From Rhabdothermincola salaria (GTDB lineage Bacteria; Actinomycetota; Acidimicrobiia; Acidimicrobiales; Acidimicrobilacustridaceae): a stretch of 64,000 nucleotides of DNA. Shown here piece after piece: positions 8,794-18,475 of this stretch (within the stretch, counting starts at the first letter, position 1; the number at the start of each line of letters is the position of its first letter). The translations under genes were made by a program, and so were the position numbers. The notes under the pieces were generated by a model, which was given only the letters and a program-made list of their open reading frames with translations, did not search any database and was not told where the DNA came from. The stretch covers positions 682,001 through 746,000 of the forward strand of contig NZ_JAJQXW010000001.1 of assembly GCF_021246445.1 (NCBI RefSeq). Reading direction: 5' to 3'.

Positions 8794-9159
8794 ATGGCCG
8801 ACTACGACATCAACTTCTCCGACAAGCGGCCGGACATGACCCGTGACGGGATGATCGTCACGGTCGAGGTGACGAGGGACGGCACCTACCTCGGTCAGAC
8901 GGCGGGGATCGTGGCGGGCAGCGACTACCGCCGCAAGTACAAGGAGGGTCGGCGGCTGACCCTGCTCTTCGACGGGGCGGCCCGGCACCTGGCCGAGCTC
9001 GTCGCCGACGACATCCGCGCCGGCGACTTCCGCGAGACCTGGCAGCTGGAGGCCCCCGTGGTGCCGCTGAGCGCCGAACGGGCCGGCGAGCTGGCCCAGT
9101 TCGACAGCATCCATGCGGCCCTCGCCGAGGGCGACCTGCTGCTTCGCGTCACGACCTGA
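8794..9159 (+). CDS. Hypothetical protein (121 aa)
   Basis: Strong GC3 codon bias, globular composition, TAGCCT 6 nt before the ATG. Confidence 0.75.
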   Translation: MADYDINFSDKRPDMTRDGMIVTVEVTRDGTYLGQTAGIVAGSDYRRKYKEGRRLTLLFDGAARHLAELVADDIRAGDFRETWQLEAPVVPLSAERAGELAQFDSIHAALAEGDLLLRVTT

Positions 9160-9180
9160 GGGGGTCGTGTCCAGAGTCGC

Positions 9181-9486
9181 CTAGTTCCAGAACGGGCTCT
9201 CGGCCATGAAGCGGTTGGCGGGCCCGACGATCGCCACGGCGCCTCGGCACCCGTTCTCCAGGTGGACCCGGAGCGCAGTCCCGATCCGGAAGTCCTGTTC
9301 CGCGAGCAACCGGCCCTGCGGGCGGGGCCTCTGGCAGCCGGAGCTGGGATCGAACCGCACGACGACGCTGGTGCTCCCGGTCGAGGTGTGTGCGATGGCC
9401 GGGTGTCCCTGCAGCTCCGCGGTGGCCTGCTCGCCGCCCTCCGGCTCCGTGCCACCACCCGGCGGCACCGCTTCAGTCGTCGTCAT
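9181..9486 (-). CDS. Hypothetical protein (~101 aa)
   Basis: ORF from MTTTEAV to ESPFWN with protein-like composition; fills the gap. Confidence 0.5.
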   Translation of the reverse strand: MTTTEAVPPGGGTEPEGGEQATAELQGHPAIAHTSTGSTSVVVRFDPSSGCQRPRPQGRLLAEQDFRIGTALRVHLENGCRGAVAIVGPANRFMAESPFWN

Positions 9487-9603
9487 AGCTGTGGATCGAC
9501 CGACTGCGCCGAGGTGGTTCGGGACCAAGGTCACGATCTCGTCGGCGAACGGCACTTCGGCACCCGGTCCCACCTGTGGGAGTCGCTCGGACCCGAGCGG
9601 CGC

Positions 9604-10614
9604 TCAGGGGCCGTCGGGGCCCGCGGGGTTGCGGTCGCCCAGCGCGCCGAGCACGGTCCACTGCGGGGGTGACGAGGTGGCCCAGTCGTACAAGCTGGCC
9701 CCGAGCACGCCGTCGCGGGCCTCGATGGCCTCGAGCATGCCCTGCACCTCGGCGACGGTGGCGCCGTCCGCGATGCCGCCGATGACGTGGATGGGGAGGT
9801 CGGGGTCGCCGGTGGCGGCGCGGATGCGGTCGATGTTCTCGCCCACGTACCGGTTCCCGTCCTGCCACTCGGGGAGGCGGATCGACCAGTAGGTCATGGG
9901 CAGGACCACGTCGTAGGTCTCGGCGATGTCGACCCACGGGAAGTCGGGCCAGAAGTCGGGGTTGACCTCCTGGACGTGGACTGCGGACAGGGTGATGCCC
10001 CCGAGGACCTGGTCGGGGAGCGCGGCGCGCAGCCCGTCGTTGAGCTCGGCGAGGCGGGCGTTGCGCTCGACCGGGTCCTCGATGGTCGTCGACTCGATGT
10101 CGACCGCCAGGCCGTCGACATCGAGCTCCGCCGACGCGAGGAGGCGTTCGAGGTCGACGTCGATGTCCTCCAGAGTGGGGAGGTACCAGGCCACGACCGA
10201 CAGGCCGTGCTCGTGGGCGGCGTCGATGAGCCCCTCGACCCGCTCCTGTTCGAGCACGGTCTGGTCGGGAACGCCCAGGTGCGAGGTCTGCAGGTACACG
10301 GTCTGGATGCCGAGGTCGGCCATGGCCGCGAGGTCGTCCTCGCCGACCACGGGCGTCTCGCCCCCCAGCGCCTGGGACCAGTCGAACGCGTCGACCCAGG
10401 CGCCCAGCCCCTGGTAGGGCTCGAGCGTCCACGGCTCGGCCGCCGGCCCCGTGGGACCGGAGTCCCGATCGAGCACCCACGCCACCCCGAACGCGAGCAG
10501 CGCCACGACGAGCAGTCCGGCGAGCACCAGCCCGCTGCGGCGCCTCGGTCGAGGTCCAGGGGTGGGTGCGTCGACTTCGCCGGTTGCGATCGGGGGAGCG
10601 TCATCGGCGGCCAT
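9604..10614 (-). CDS. Membrane-anchored glycoside hydrolase-like (GH18-like TIM barrel) protein
   Basis: N-terminal TM anchor; GLAVDIES (DxE-like) and VVLPMTYW motifs. Confidence 0.6.
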   Translation of the reverse strand: MAADDAPPIATGEVDAPTPGPRPRRRSGLVLAGLLVVALLAFGVAWVLDRDSGPTGPAAEPWTLEPYQGLGAWVDAFDWSQALGGETPVVGEDDLAAMADLGIQTVYLQTSHLGVPDQTVLEQERVEGLIDAAHEHGLSVVAWYLPTLEDIDVDLERLLASAELDVDGLAVDIESTTIEDPVERNARLAELNDGLRAALPDQVLGGITLSAVHVQEVNPDFWPDFPWVDIAETYDVVLPMTYWSIRLPEWQDGNRYVGENIDRIRAATGDPDLPIHVIGGIADGATVAEVQGMLEAIEARDGVLGASLYDWATSSPPQWTVLGALGDRNPAGPDGP

Positions 10615-10890
10615 ACGACCATCTCTACCCCGACTCCGGCCGCGGCCCGGCGTCGTGGGCGAGATCGTCGGGTGGGCGCCCCGACACCACCACCGACCGA
10701 CGCGGTCGGTTCTGCATCCGGGCCCGAGGAGGGTACGTTCCCCGACAGCGGTCCAAGGGGACGGGTTCGACACCGACCTACGGGCCATTCCGTCGGCCCC
10801 TCTCTGTGGCAACCGCCTGCCATGGATCGAGGGGCCGGCGCGACGCCCGCTGGAGTCCTGCGCCGGTCGGGCGGACGGCGGTAGCTGACG

Positions 10891-11733
10891 TCAGTTGGGC
10901 GGCTGGAGCCTGGCTCGCAGGTCGTCGAGGTCGAGGTCAGGATCCGGGTAGGCGAGCCCCATCGACTCGAGGGTCTCGACCAGCAGCGAGGCGATGGCCC
11001 AGTTGCGGTACCACTTGTGGTCCGAGGGGATGATGAACCAGGGCGCGTGATCGGTGCACGTCTGGCCGATGGCATCGCCGTAGGCCGCCTGGAACTCGTT
11101 CCACTGACGGCGGGTGTCCATGTCCGTGGGCGAGAACTTCCACCGCTTGTCGTCGCGCCGGAGGCGCCGCAAGAACCGTTCGCGTTGCTCGTCGAAGGAG
11201 ATGTGCAGCATGCACTTCACCACCACGGTGCCGTCGTCGGCGAGCTCGCGTTCGAAGGCGTTGATGTCGGCGATCCGCCCGGCGATCTCGTCGGGTTGGA
11301 GCGACCTCGTGGCCATGGGGACGATCACGTCCTCGTAGTGGGACCGATCGAACACGCCGAGCCGACCGCGCTCGGGCAGGGCGCGCCGGTGCCGCCAGAG
11401 GAAGTCGTGCTCGAGCTCTTCGTCCGTCGGCTTCGTGAACGATGCGGTCCGCACTCCGACCGGGTTGACTGCGGTGATCACGTGCTTGATCGTCCCGTTC
11501 TTCCCCGAGCAGTCCAACCCCTGGAGGACCAGGAGCACCTGCCGGGTCTCGGATGCGAACAGCAGCTCGTGGGCGTGGAAGAGCCGATCGCGAAGCTCTG
11601 ACTTCAGCTGGTCCTTCGCCGTCGACTTGGAGTCGACGAGAGGCGTCGAGCCGGCGTCGTAGCCGGCGAGGTTGACGGTCCCGTCGGCGGGGCGGGCGCG
11701 GAACTCCTGGTGGATCTGGCGTGGGTCGGGCAT
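10891..11733 (-). CDS. ppk2: Polyphosphate kinase 2 family protein
   Basis: LQGLDCSGKNGTI (Walker A), HDFLWR, FDRSHYEDV, KRWKFS and APWFIIPSDHKWYRN motifs. Confidence 0.93.
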   Translation of the reverse strand: MPDPRQIHQEFRARPADGTVNLAGYDAGSTPLVDSKSTAKDQLKSELRDRLFHAHELLFASETRQVLLVLQGLDCSGKNGTIKHVITAVNPVGVRTASFTKPTDEELEHDFLWRHRRALPERGRLGVFDRSHYEDVIVPMATRSLQPDEIAGRIADINAFERELADDGTVVVKCMLHISFDEQRERFLRRLRRDDKRWKFSPTDMDTRRQWNEFQAAYGDAIGQTCTDHAPWFIIPSDHKWYRNWAIASLLVETLESMGLAYPDPDLDLDDLRARLQPPN

Positions 11734-11887
11734 CTGACCTCCTCGGAGCCCCGACCTACCCGCCCGGTGCACCCCAGTCCCCTGCGCCGACGCGCCGGGC
11801 GTCTCACCGCGCCGACGGATCGGCATGGGTCCCCGACGGTGGCGCCCTCCTGCATGGGACCGCCCGTACGCGGGTAGGCGCCGCCCC

Positions 11888-14506
11888 ATGACGGCACGTG
11901 CCCTGGTCCGAACCGTGCTCCTGCTGGGCCTGGTCGCCCTCGTGGGCTGGTCCCGCCCCGCGGCGGCTCAGACCAGCGGTCTGCCCGACTTCACGGCCGA
12001 CGAGTTCGTCGCCTTCTACGACCAGCTCGACCTGCCGGGCACCCGACCGCTGACGGCGGCGCCGCGCATCACGGGCGTGCCTGGGGCCGACGATCGCATC
12101 GTGGACCTCGCCCGCCTCGCCGGCTACCAGCTGCGACCCGTCGCGTCGGTGCCCCTCACCGCCACCGGTGGCGTTTTGGTGCAGCCGGCGGCCGCCGCCC
12201 CCTTCGATCGCCTGGCCGCCGCCGCCTGGGCCGCCGGCAACCCGTTGGTGGCCGTCTCCGAGTTCCGCAGCGTCGACGAGCAACGGGAGATCTTCCTCGC
12301 CGAGCTGCGCGCGGAGGGGCGACAGCGGATCGGCCGGCCCTACACCACGTCCGAGATCGCCATCGGGTCCGCCGATGCGGCCATCCGTGAGGTGCTCCGA
12401 CTCCACTCGGTGCCCGGCTTCTCCCACCACCACTCGGGCCACGCCGTGGACGTCACGGTGCCGGGAAGCGGGCTCGGCGCCTTCGAGGGCAGCGCTGCCC
12501 AGGCCTGGCTCGCCGCCGACAACCACGCCAACGCCAAGATCCACGGGTTCATCCCGAGCTACCCCGAGGGGGCCACGGACATCGGACCCGTGCCCGAGCC
12601 GTGGCAGTACGTGTACGTCGGTGTGGACCGGCTCCGGTGCGCCCAGGACGTCATCGACCTGCAGGATCCCGACGCCCCGAGCCGCTGCCCCGTGGGCTTC
12701 CTCGACCGCGTGAGCGTGGACGGGACACGCGTCACGGTGGCGGGCTGGGCCGCCGATCCCGACGTCCCCACCGGGCCGATCGACGTGCACCTCTACGTCG
12801 ACGGCCAGGGGGCCGCCATCGTGCGGGCGGACGACCACCGCCCCGACGTGGCCGAGCAGACGCCGTTCGGACCCAACCACGGATTCCGCGCCACCCTCGT
12901 GCTCGGGCAGGGGACCCACGAGGTCTGCGCCTACGCCATCAACGACCGCCCCGGCGACGCCAACCGCCTCCTGGGCTGTCGCACCGTGGAGGTCTCCACC
13001 GCCGAGCCGGTCGGCAGCCTCGACGAGGTTCGCCCCCAGGGCACCGCGCTCCGGATCCGGGGCTGGGCCGCGGACCCCGACCTGCCTGAACGCGCCCTCG
13101 ACGTCCACGTCTACGTCGACGGTGTCGGATACGCCGTGCGCGCCGACGAGTACCGCTCCGACCTCCAGGCGGGCACCCCGTTCGGAGGCTTCCACGGGTT
13201 CAGCCTGACCGTCGACGTGCCCGCCGGGGGCCACACAGCCTGCGCCTACGCCATCGCCGCGCAGAGGGGCGAGAGCAACCAGCTGCTGGGCTGCGCCAGC
13301 GCCGCGGTGCTCGGCGACGAGCCCACCGGTGCCCTCGACGTCGTACGCACCGTCGGCGACGAGACCGTCCGGGTCCAGGGTTGGGCGGTGGACGCCGAGG
13401 TGCCCGACGAGGCCCTGCCGGTCCACGTCTACGCCAACGGTCGTGGCGTCGCCGTCACCACCGCCGACCGGGCTCGGTCGGACGTCGACCGGGCCTACGG
13501 CGTCGGCCGTGACCATGGGTTCGACGCTCGGTTCGGTCTCGATGTCGGACGCCACGACGTGTGCGCCTACGCCATCGCCGTGCAGCCCGGTGAGCCGAAC
13601 GTCCTCCTCGGGTGCCGCACCGTCACCGTCGTGGGCGAGCGCCCCGTGGGCGTGCTCGACGTCCTGCGCCTCGACGGCGACGCTGTCCTCGTCGCGGGGT
13701 GGGCCGCCGACCCGGACTGGCCCACCACGCCGATCGAGGTGCAGGTGAGCATCGACGGCGTCCCCGAGAGGTTGCTCGCCGACGGCTACCGTCCCGACGT
13801 GGCCTCCGCCACGATGTTCGGCCCCAACCACGGGTTCGGAGTTCGCCGTGGCCTCGCTCCCGGACCCCACGAGATCTGCGTCACGGCGCTACCCGCCGAC
13901 GCCGGCGAGGTGCCCACCGCCTTCGGCTGCGCCACCCTGACGGTCGCGTCGGCGCCGGGCGTCATCCACCTGACGTTCGACGACGGGCCCCATCCCACCT
14001 GGACGCCCGAGGTCCTCGACGTGCTCGACCGGTACGGCGCCGCCGCCACCTTCTTCCCGATCGGCAGCGCCGCGGAGCAGCAGCCGGGGCTCGTCGACGA
14101 GATCGCGGCCCTGGGCCACACCCTCGGCAACCAGACCTACGACCACGTGCGGCTGACGGAGGTCGACCTCGAGGAGTTCACCTACCAGGTCGAAACCGCC
14201 GAGGCAGCCATCAGCCCGCACGGCACCCAGTGCCTTCGCCCGCCCTACGGAGCGGTGGACGACACCGTTCGCGACCGGGCGGCCGCACTCGGGTACGAGG
14301 TGGTGCTCTGGTCCGTCGACACCGAGGACTGGAGGCTGCCGGGCGCCGACGTGATCGCCGATCGCATCGTCGCCGGCGCCGAGGACGGCGCGGTCGTCCT
14401 GCTGCACGACGGCGGCGATGAGCTCCGCAGCCAGACCGTCTCCGGCCTCGACGCCGCGCTCGACCGGCTCACCGACGAGGGTTGGCGCTTCGAGCCCGTC
14501 TGCTGA
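11888..14506 (+). CDS. Secreted multidomain protein: M15B (VanY-like) DD-carboxypeptidase domain, four beta-rich repeats, NodB polysaccharide deacetylase domain
   Basis: Signal peptide (..PAAA); FRS, PGFSHHHSGHAVD, EPWQY; repeats PxGxLD..V.GWA.DPD; LTFDDGP, RPPYG, WSVDTEDW and LLHDGG. Confidence 0.88.
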   Translation: MTARALVRTVLLLGLVALVGWSRPAAAQTSGLPDFTADEFVAFYDQLDLPGTRPLTAAPRITGVPGADDRIVDLARLAGYQLRPVASVPLTATGGVLVQPAAAAPFDRLAAAAWAAGNPLVAVSEFRSVDEQREIFLAELRAEGRQRIGRPYTTSEIAIGSADAAIREVLRLHSVPGFSHHHSGHAVDVTVPGSGLGAFEGSAAQAWLAADNHANAKIHGFIPSYPEGATDIGPVPEPWQYVYVGVDRLRCAQDVIDLQDPDAPSRCPVGFLDRVSVDGTRVTVAGWAADPDVPTGPIDVHLYVDGQGAAIVRADDHRPDVAEQTPFGPNHGFRATLVLGQGTHEVCAYAINDRPGDANRLLGCRTVEVSTAEPVGSLDEVRPQGTALRIRGWAADPDLPERALDVHVYVDGVGYAVRADEYRSDLQAGTPFGGFHGFSLTVDVPAGGHTACAYAIAAQRGESNQLLGCASAAVLGDEPTGALDVVRTVGDETVRVQGWAVDAEVPDEALPVHVYANGRGVAVTTADRARSDVDRAYGVGRDHGFDARFGLDVGRHDVCAYAIAVQPGEPNVLLGCRTVTVVGERPVGVLDVLRLDGDAVLVAGWAADPDWPTTPIEVQVSIDGVPERLLADGYRPDVASATMFGPNHGFGVRRGLAPGPHEICVTALPADAGEVPTAFGCATLTVASAPGVIHLTFDDGPHPTWTPEVLDVLDRYGAAATFFPIGSAAEQQPGLVDEIAALGHTLGNQTYDHVRLTEVDLEEFTYQVETAEAAISPHGTQCLRPPYGAVDDTVRDRAAALGYEVVLWSVDTEDWRLPGADVIADRIVAGAEDGAVVLLHDGGDELRSQTVSGLDAALDRLTDEGWRFEPVC
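12689..13945 (+). repeat. Four intragenic ~105-107-aa domain repeats
   Basis: Repeat starts PVGFLD (12689), PVGSLD (13007), PTGALD (13322) and PVGVLD (13643); each has GWA, HGF and a Cys pair. Confidence 0.85.
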
Positions 14507-14585
14507 GCGGCCCGTTCCCTCGGTGCGGCGGGTGGGCCGACTAGCTTGTCCTCGGCCACCGCAGCTCCGACGACGGGAGTGGTCC

Positions 14586-15536
14586 ATGAGCGAGGAGCAG
14601 GGCGCAGCCGGCGTGGCCATCGAGGTGGAGAACCTCACCAAGCGCTACGGCGACGCGAGCGTGGTCGACGACCTGACGTTCAGCGTGCGACCCGGGCGGG
14701 TCACCGGGTTCCTCGGGCCGAACGGTGCCGGCAAGTCCACGGCGATGCGCATGATCCTCGGACTGGCCGCACCGACCCGAGGTCGGGCCACGATCGGCGG
14801 TCGTCGCTACGCCGACCTCGACGCACCGGTGCGCACCGTGGGCGCCCTCCTCGAAGCCAACGCCTTCCACCCGGGCCGCAGCGGCCGCAACCACCTCCGG
14901 GTCCTCTGCGACGCCGCCGGGCTCCCGGCCTCGCGGGTGCACGAGGTCCTCGAGACGGTCGAGCTCACCGCCGCGGCCGACAAGCGGGTCGGCGCCTACT
15001 CGCTCGGCATGCGCCAACGCCTCGGCGTGGCCGGCGCCCTGCTCGGCGATCCGGCGGTCCTGGTCCTGGACGAGCCCGCCAACGGACTCGACCCACAGGG
15101 GATCCACACGATGCGCGACCTCCTGCGCGGCTACGCCGACCGAGGACGGACGGTGCTCGTCTCGAGCCACCTGCTCGCCGAGATGGAGCTCCTCGCCGAC
15201 GACCTCGTCGTCATCGCGGCGGGACGGCTGGTCGCCAGCGCCTCGCTCGCCGAGCTGCAACACGCGGAGATCGTCGTGCGGACCCCGTCGACGGAGATCC
15301 TGGCCGCTGCGCTGCGCCGGGTCGGCCCCGACGTGATGGTCGAGGAGACCCTCGAGGCCTCGGATCGCCTGCTCGTGCGAGGGCTGTCGATCGATGCGGT
15401 CGGCGAGTGCGCCCACCGGTGCGGGGTGGTCCTCCACGAGCTGTCGACGCACGTCGGATCGCTCGAGGAGCGCTTCCTCGCCTGGACCACCACGACGCCC
15501 ACCAGCGAGCCGGGCGACCCGAGCCGACCGGCATGA
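14586..15536 (+). CDS. ABC exporter ATP-binding protein
   Basis: GPNGAGKST, YSLGMRQRL, LVLDEP and SSH motifs. Confidence 0.93.
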   Translation: MSEEQGAAGVAIEVENLTKRYGDASVVDDLTFSVRPGRVTGFLGPNGAGKSTAMRMILGLAAPTRGRATIGGRRYADLDAPVRTVGALLEANAFHPGRSGRNHLRVLCDAAGLPASRVHEVLETVELTAAADKRVGAYSLGMRQRLGVAGALLGDPAVLVLDEPANGLDPQGIHTMRDLLRGYADRGRTVLVSSHLLAEMELLADDLVVIAAGRLVASASLAELQHAEIVVRTPSTEILAAALRRVGPDVMVEETLEASDRLLVRGLSIDAVGECAHRCGVVLHELSTHVGSLEERFLAWTTTTPTSEPGDPSRPA

Positions 15537-16279
15537 CGATGACCGGCCTGTTCCGATCGGAGCTGCGCAAGCTCACCACGACGGCGATGCCACTCGCCTT
15601 CGTCGCCGTGCTCGTCGTCCTCGCCGGCATCAACGCGGTGGCGGTCGCCTTCGGCACCGACGCCGACGGCTCCAAGGCGTTCGTCTCGACGGCGGCCGAC
15701 CAACGCTCCCTGGTCGCCTTCGCGGCCAACGCCACCATGCTCGCCGGCCTCTTCGGAGCCATCGCCGTCGCCCGGGAGTACGGCCACGGCACGGTGATCC
15801 ACACCTTCCTCGCCGCTCCCCGCCGCCACCGCGCCGTGCTCGCCCAGTTCGCCGCCGTCGGCCTCGGTGGGGCCCTGCTCGGGCTGCTCGGTGCCGCCCT
15901 GACGATCCTCGGCATGACGCTCGCCCTGCCCACCACCGACTTCGGGTTCCTCATCCCCGCCGACGGGGTGGCCCAGGTGCTCGCCGCGTCGACGCTGTGC
16001 GGTGCGGCCGGGGCCGTCCTCGGCGCCGGGATCGGGACCCTGGTGCGCAACACCGGCGGCGCCGTCACCGGTGCCGTGCTCGTCCTGCTGGTGGCGCCGC
16101 CGCTCGTCGTGCAGCTCGCCAGCGGCACGGCGTCGTGGATGCCGGCCACGCTCGCGTCGGTCCTGTCCGGCGTCACGACCGAGGTCGGCATCGCCTCGGC
16201 CGCGGCCGCCATCTGTGGCTGGGCCGCCGTGCCGGCCGCGCTGGCGATCCTGGCGGTCCGCCGGCGCGACGTGGTCTGA
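15533..16279 (+). CDS. ABC exporter permease
   Basis: ATGA overlap with the ATPase; SELRKL, EYGHGT, about 6 TM helices, C-terminal RRDV. Confidence 0.88.
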   Translation: MTMTGLFRSELRKLTTTAMPLAFVAVLVVLAGINAVAVAFGTDADGSKAFVSTAADQRSLVAFAANATMLAGLFGAIAVAREYGHGTVIHTFLAAPRRHRAVLAQFAAVGLGGALLGLLGAALTILGMTLALPTTDFGFLIPADGVAQVLAASTLCGAAGAVLGAGIGTLVRNTGGAVTGAVLVLLVAPPLVVQLASGTASWMPATLASVLSGVTTEVGIASAAAAICGWAAVPAALAILAVRRRDVV

Positions 16280-16445
16280 GCGCACCCGCCCCCTCTCGGT
16301 GCGAGGGTCGCGGCGACCCACCGGCACGGATCGCCGTCGGGAGGGGTTGGCCCCGACGCGGGGGTCGAGTCCGGTGAGAGGGCCTGGCCCCGGGGGGACC
16401 GACGGCCCTGTCGGGCCCGCGCCGGGATCCCTACCGTGAGTGACT

Positions 16446-17621
16446 GTGTCGGACGTGCTGTGGGTCGTCGTCGCCGTCTTCGTGGTGCTCGTCGGGGTGT
16501 GCCTCGTCGATCTGGCCCGCCACGACGCCCGCTACCTGCCCAAGTGGGCCTGGGCGCTGATCATCGTGCTCGTCTCGTTCCCGGTCGGCCCGATCGCCTG
16601 GTTCCTGGTCGGGCGGGTGCCGGCGGGGGAGGAGGCCGGACCGCAGACCGTGCCGCCACCGCCGTCCGCGACGGCGGCCCGCCCGATCCGTGCGGCAGCC
16701 TCCCAGCGCCCGGCACCAGGAGCAGGCCTCGACCCCACCCGCCCGGCGATGGTGCGCACGGAGGGACTGAGCAAGATCTATGGCGACACGGCCGCCCTGG
16801 ACCGCGTCGACCTCTGCGTTCCCACCGGCAGCACCTACGGTCTGATCGGCCCCAACGGGTCCGGCAAGACGACCATGCTCTCGGTGCTCGCCGGGCTCCG
16901 TCGCCCCACCTCGGGAGAGGTGGAGCTCGCCACCACCCGTCAGCGCATGGGGCTGCTGGTCGACACCCCCCTCTTCGAACCGTGGCTCACCGCCCGCGAG
17001 GTCGTCGACCTCGCCCGCCACCTCACCGCCCCGGAGGCACCCGCGGAGCGGGTGGACCAGGTGCTCGGCGATGTCGGGCTCGGCGATGCCGTGGACCGGC
17101 GTTGCGGCGGCTTCTCCCGGGGCATGCTGCAGCGCCTGGGTCTGGCCGGCTGCCTGGTCGGCGACCCGGATCTGGTCGTGCTCGACGAGCCGTCCTCGGC
17201 CCTCGACCCCGCCGGTCGTCGCGAGGTGCTCGACCTGGTCGGCCGCCTGGCCCACACCAAGACCGTGCTGCTGTCGACGCACATCCTCTCCGACGTGCAG
17301 CAGGTGTGCGACACGGTCGGGGTCATCGACCGGGGCCGCCTGCTCTTCCAGGGGCCGCTCTCCGACCTCCTCGCCCGCACGTCCACCTCCTACCTCCTGC
17401 AGGTCCGACCACCGGCGGATGACCTCGCCACGATGCTGGGCGCCCAGGAGTGGGCCGAGGAGGTCCACGAGTACGCGCCGGGGCGGATCCGCATGGTGGT
17501 CAGCGATGCCATCACCGCCGAGAAGGACGTCCCCGGGTTGCTGGCCGCCTGTCGGGCTCCGCTCGTCTCGTTCACACCGGCCACCGACCTGGAGAGCGCG
17601 TTCCTGGAGCTCACGTCATGA
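16446..17621 (+). CDS. ABC exporter ATP-binding protein with N-terminal PLDc_N-like membrane hairpin
   Basis: RYLPKWAWALIIV..PVGPIAWFLVGR at the N-terminus; GPNGSGKTT, FSRGMLQR and LDEP. Alternative start at 16440. Confidence 0.88.
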   Translation: MSDVLWVVVAVFVVLVGVCLVDLARHDARYLPKWAWALIIVLVSFPVGPIAWFLVGRVPAGEEAGPQTVPPPPSATAARPIRAAASQRPAPGAGLDPTRPAMVRTEGLSKIYGDTAALDRVDLCVPTGSTYGLIGPNGSGKTTMLSVLAGLRRPTSGEVELATTRQRMGLLVDTPLFEPWLTAREVVDLARHLTAPEAPAERVDQVLGDVGLGDAVDRRCGGFSRGMLQRLGLAGCLVGDPDLVVLDEPSSALDPAGRREVLDLVGRLAHTKTVLLSTHILSDVQQVCDTVGVIDRGRLLFQGPLSDLLARTSTSYLLQVRPPADDLATMLGAQEWAEEVHEYAPGRIRMVVSDAITAEKDVPGLLAACRAPLVSFTPATDLESAFLELTS

Positions 17622-18415
17622 CCACCGCCGGGCGCCCCGTCGCCGAGCCCCGTCGCCCCCGTCCCATGACCCTGTGGCGACTGGAGGTGCTGCGCACGCT
17701 CCGGACCCACCGTTGGATGCTCGTGGTCGGCGTCTACGCCTTCTTCGGCGTCACCGGGCCGCTGCTGGCGCGGTACCTCGAGGAGATCATCTCCAACTTC
17801 GGTGGGAGCGAGGTCGCGGTCACCGCCGGCGACCCCCGACCGGTCGACGGCATCATGCAGTTCGTCAGCAACGGCGGCCAGATCGGGCTGTTGGCCGTGA
17901 TCGTGCTGTCGGCCAGTGCGCTGGCGCTCGACGCCCACCGGGAGTTCGCCGCCTTCCTGCGCACCAAGGTCGCCCGCGTCGGAACCCTGCTCGTGCCCCG
18001 CTACGTGGTCGCCACCGTGACGTCGGTGGCGGCGCTGTGGGTGGGCACGGGCCTCGCCTGGGCGATGACGGTGCCGCTCCTGGGGGGCCTGCCGGTCGGG
18101 GCCATGGTGCTCGGCACCCTGCTCGGATCGCTCTACCTCGCGTTCGCGGTGGGCGTCGTGGCGGCGATGGCCGGCTTCGTCCGCAGCATCGCCGGCACCG
18201 TGTTCGCCAGCCTCGCCGTGCTGTTGGTGCTCCCCATCGTGTCGCTCGTGCCGGCGGTCTCGAGGTGGCTGCCCAGCGAGCTGCTGGCGGCCATCGGCGA
18301 CCTCCTCGAAGGGGCACCGGCGTCGGACTACATCGGGTCCGCCGTCGTCACGGTCCTGTTGACGGTCCTGCTGGTCCGTGTGGCCGCCTGGAGGGCCGAG
18401 CACCGCGAGCAGTAG
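17618..18415 (+). CDS. ABC-2 type permease
   Basis: ATGA overlap with the ATPase; LWRLEVLR start, about 6 TM helices. Confidence 0.85.
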   Translation: MTTAGRPVAEPRRPRPMTLWRLEVLRTLRTHRWMLVVGVYAFFGVTGPLLARYLEEIISNFGGSEVAVTAGDPRPVDGIMQFVSNGGQIGLLAVIVLSASALALDAHREFAAFLRTKVARVGTLLVPRYVVATVTSVAALWVGTGLAWAMTVPLLGGLPVGAMVLGTLLGSLYLAFAVGVVAAMAGFVRSIAGTVFASLAVLLVLPIVSLVPAVSRWLPSELLAAIGDLLEGAPASDYIGSAVVTVLLTVLLVRVAAWRAEHREQ

Positions 18416-18475
18416 GTGCGAGGGCAGGCCATGCGAGCTCAGGCCATGCGAGCTCAGGCCGGGCGGGCTCAGGCC
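18416..18475. repeat. Tandem repeat, 4 x 15 bp
   Basis: gtgcgagggcaggcc / atgcgagctcaggcc / atgcgagctcaggcc / gggcgggctcaggcc. Confidence 0.9.

Noticed and set aside
10756..10790. tRNA-like GGTTCGA motif
   Set aside because: No 5-bp T-stem or cloverleaf can be built around it.
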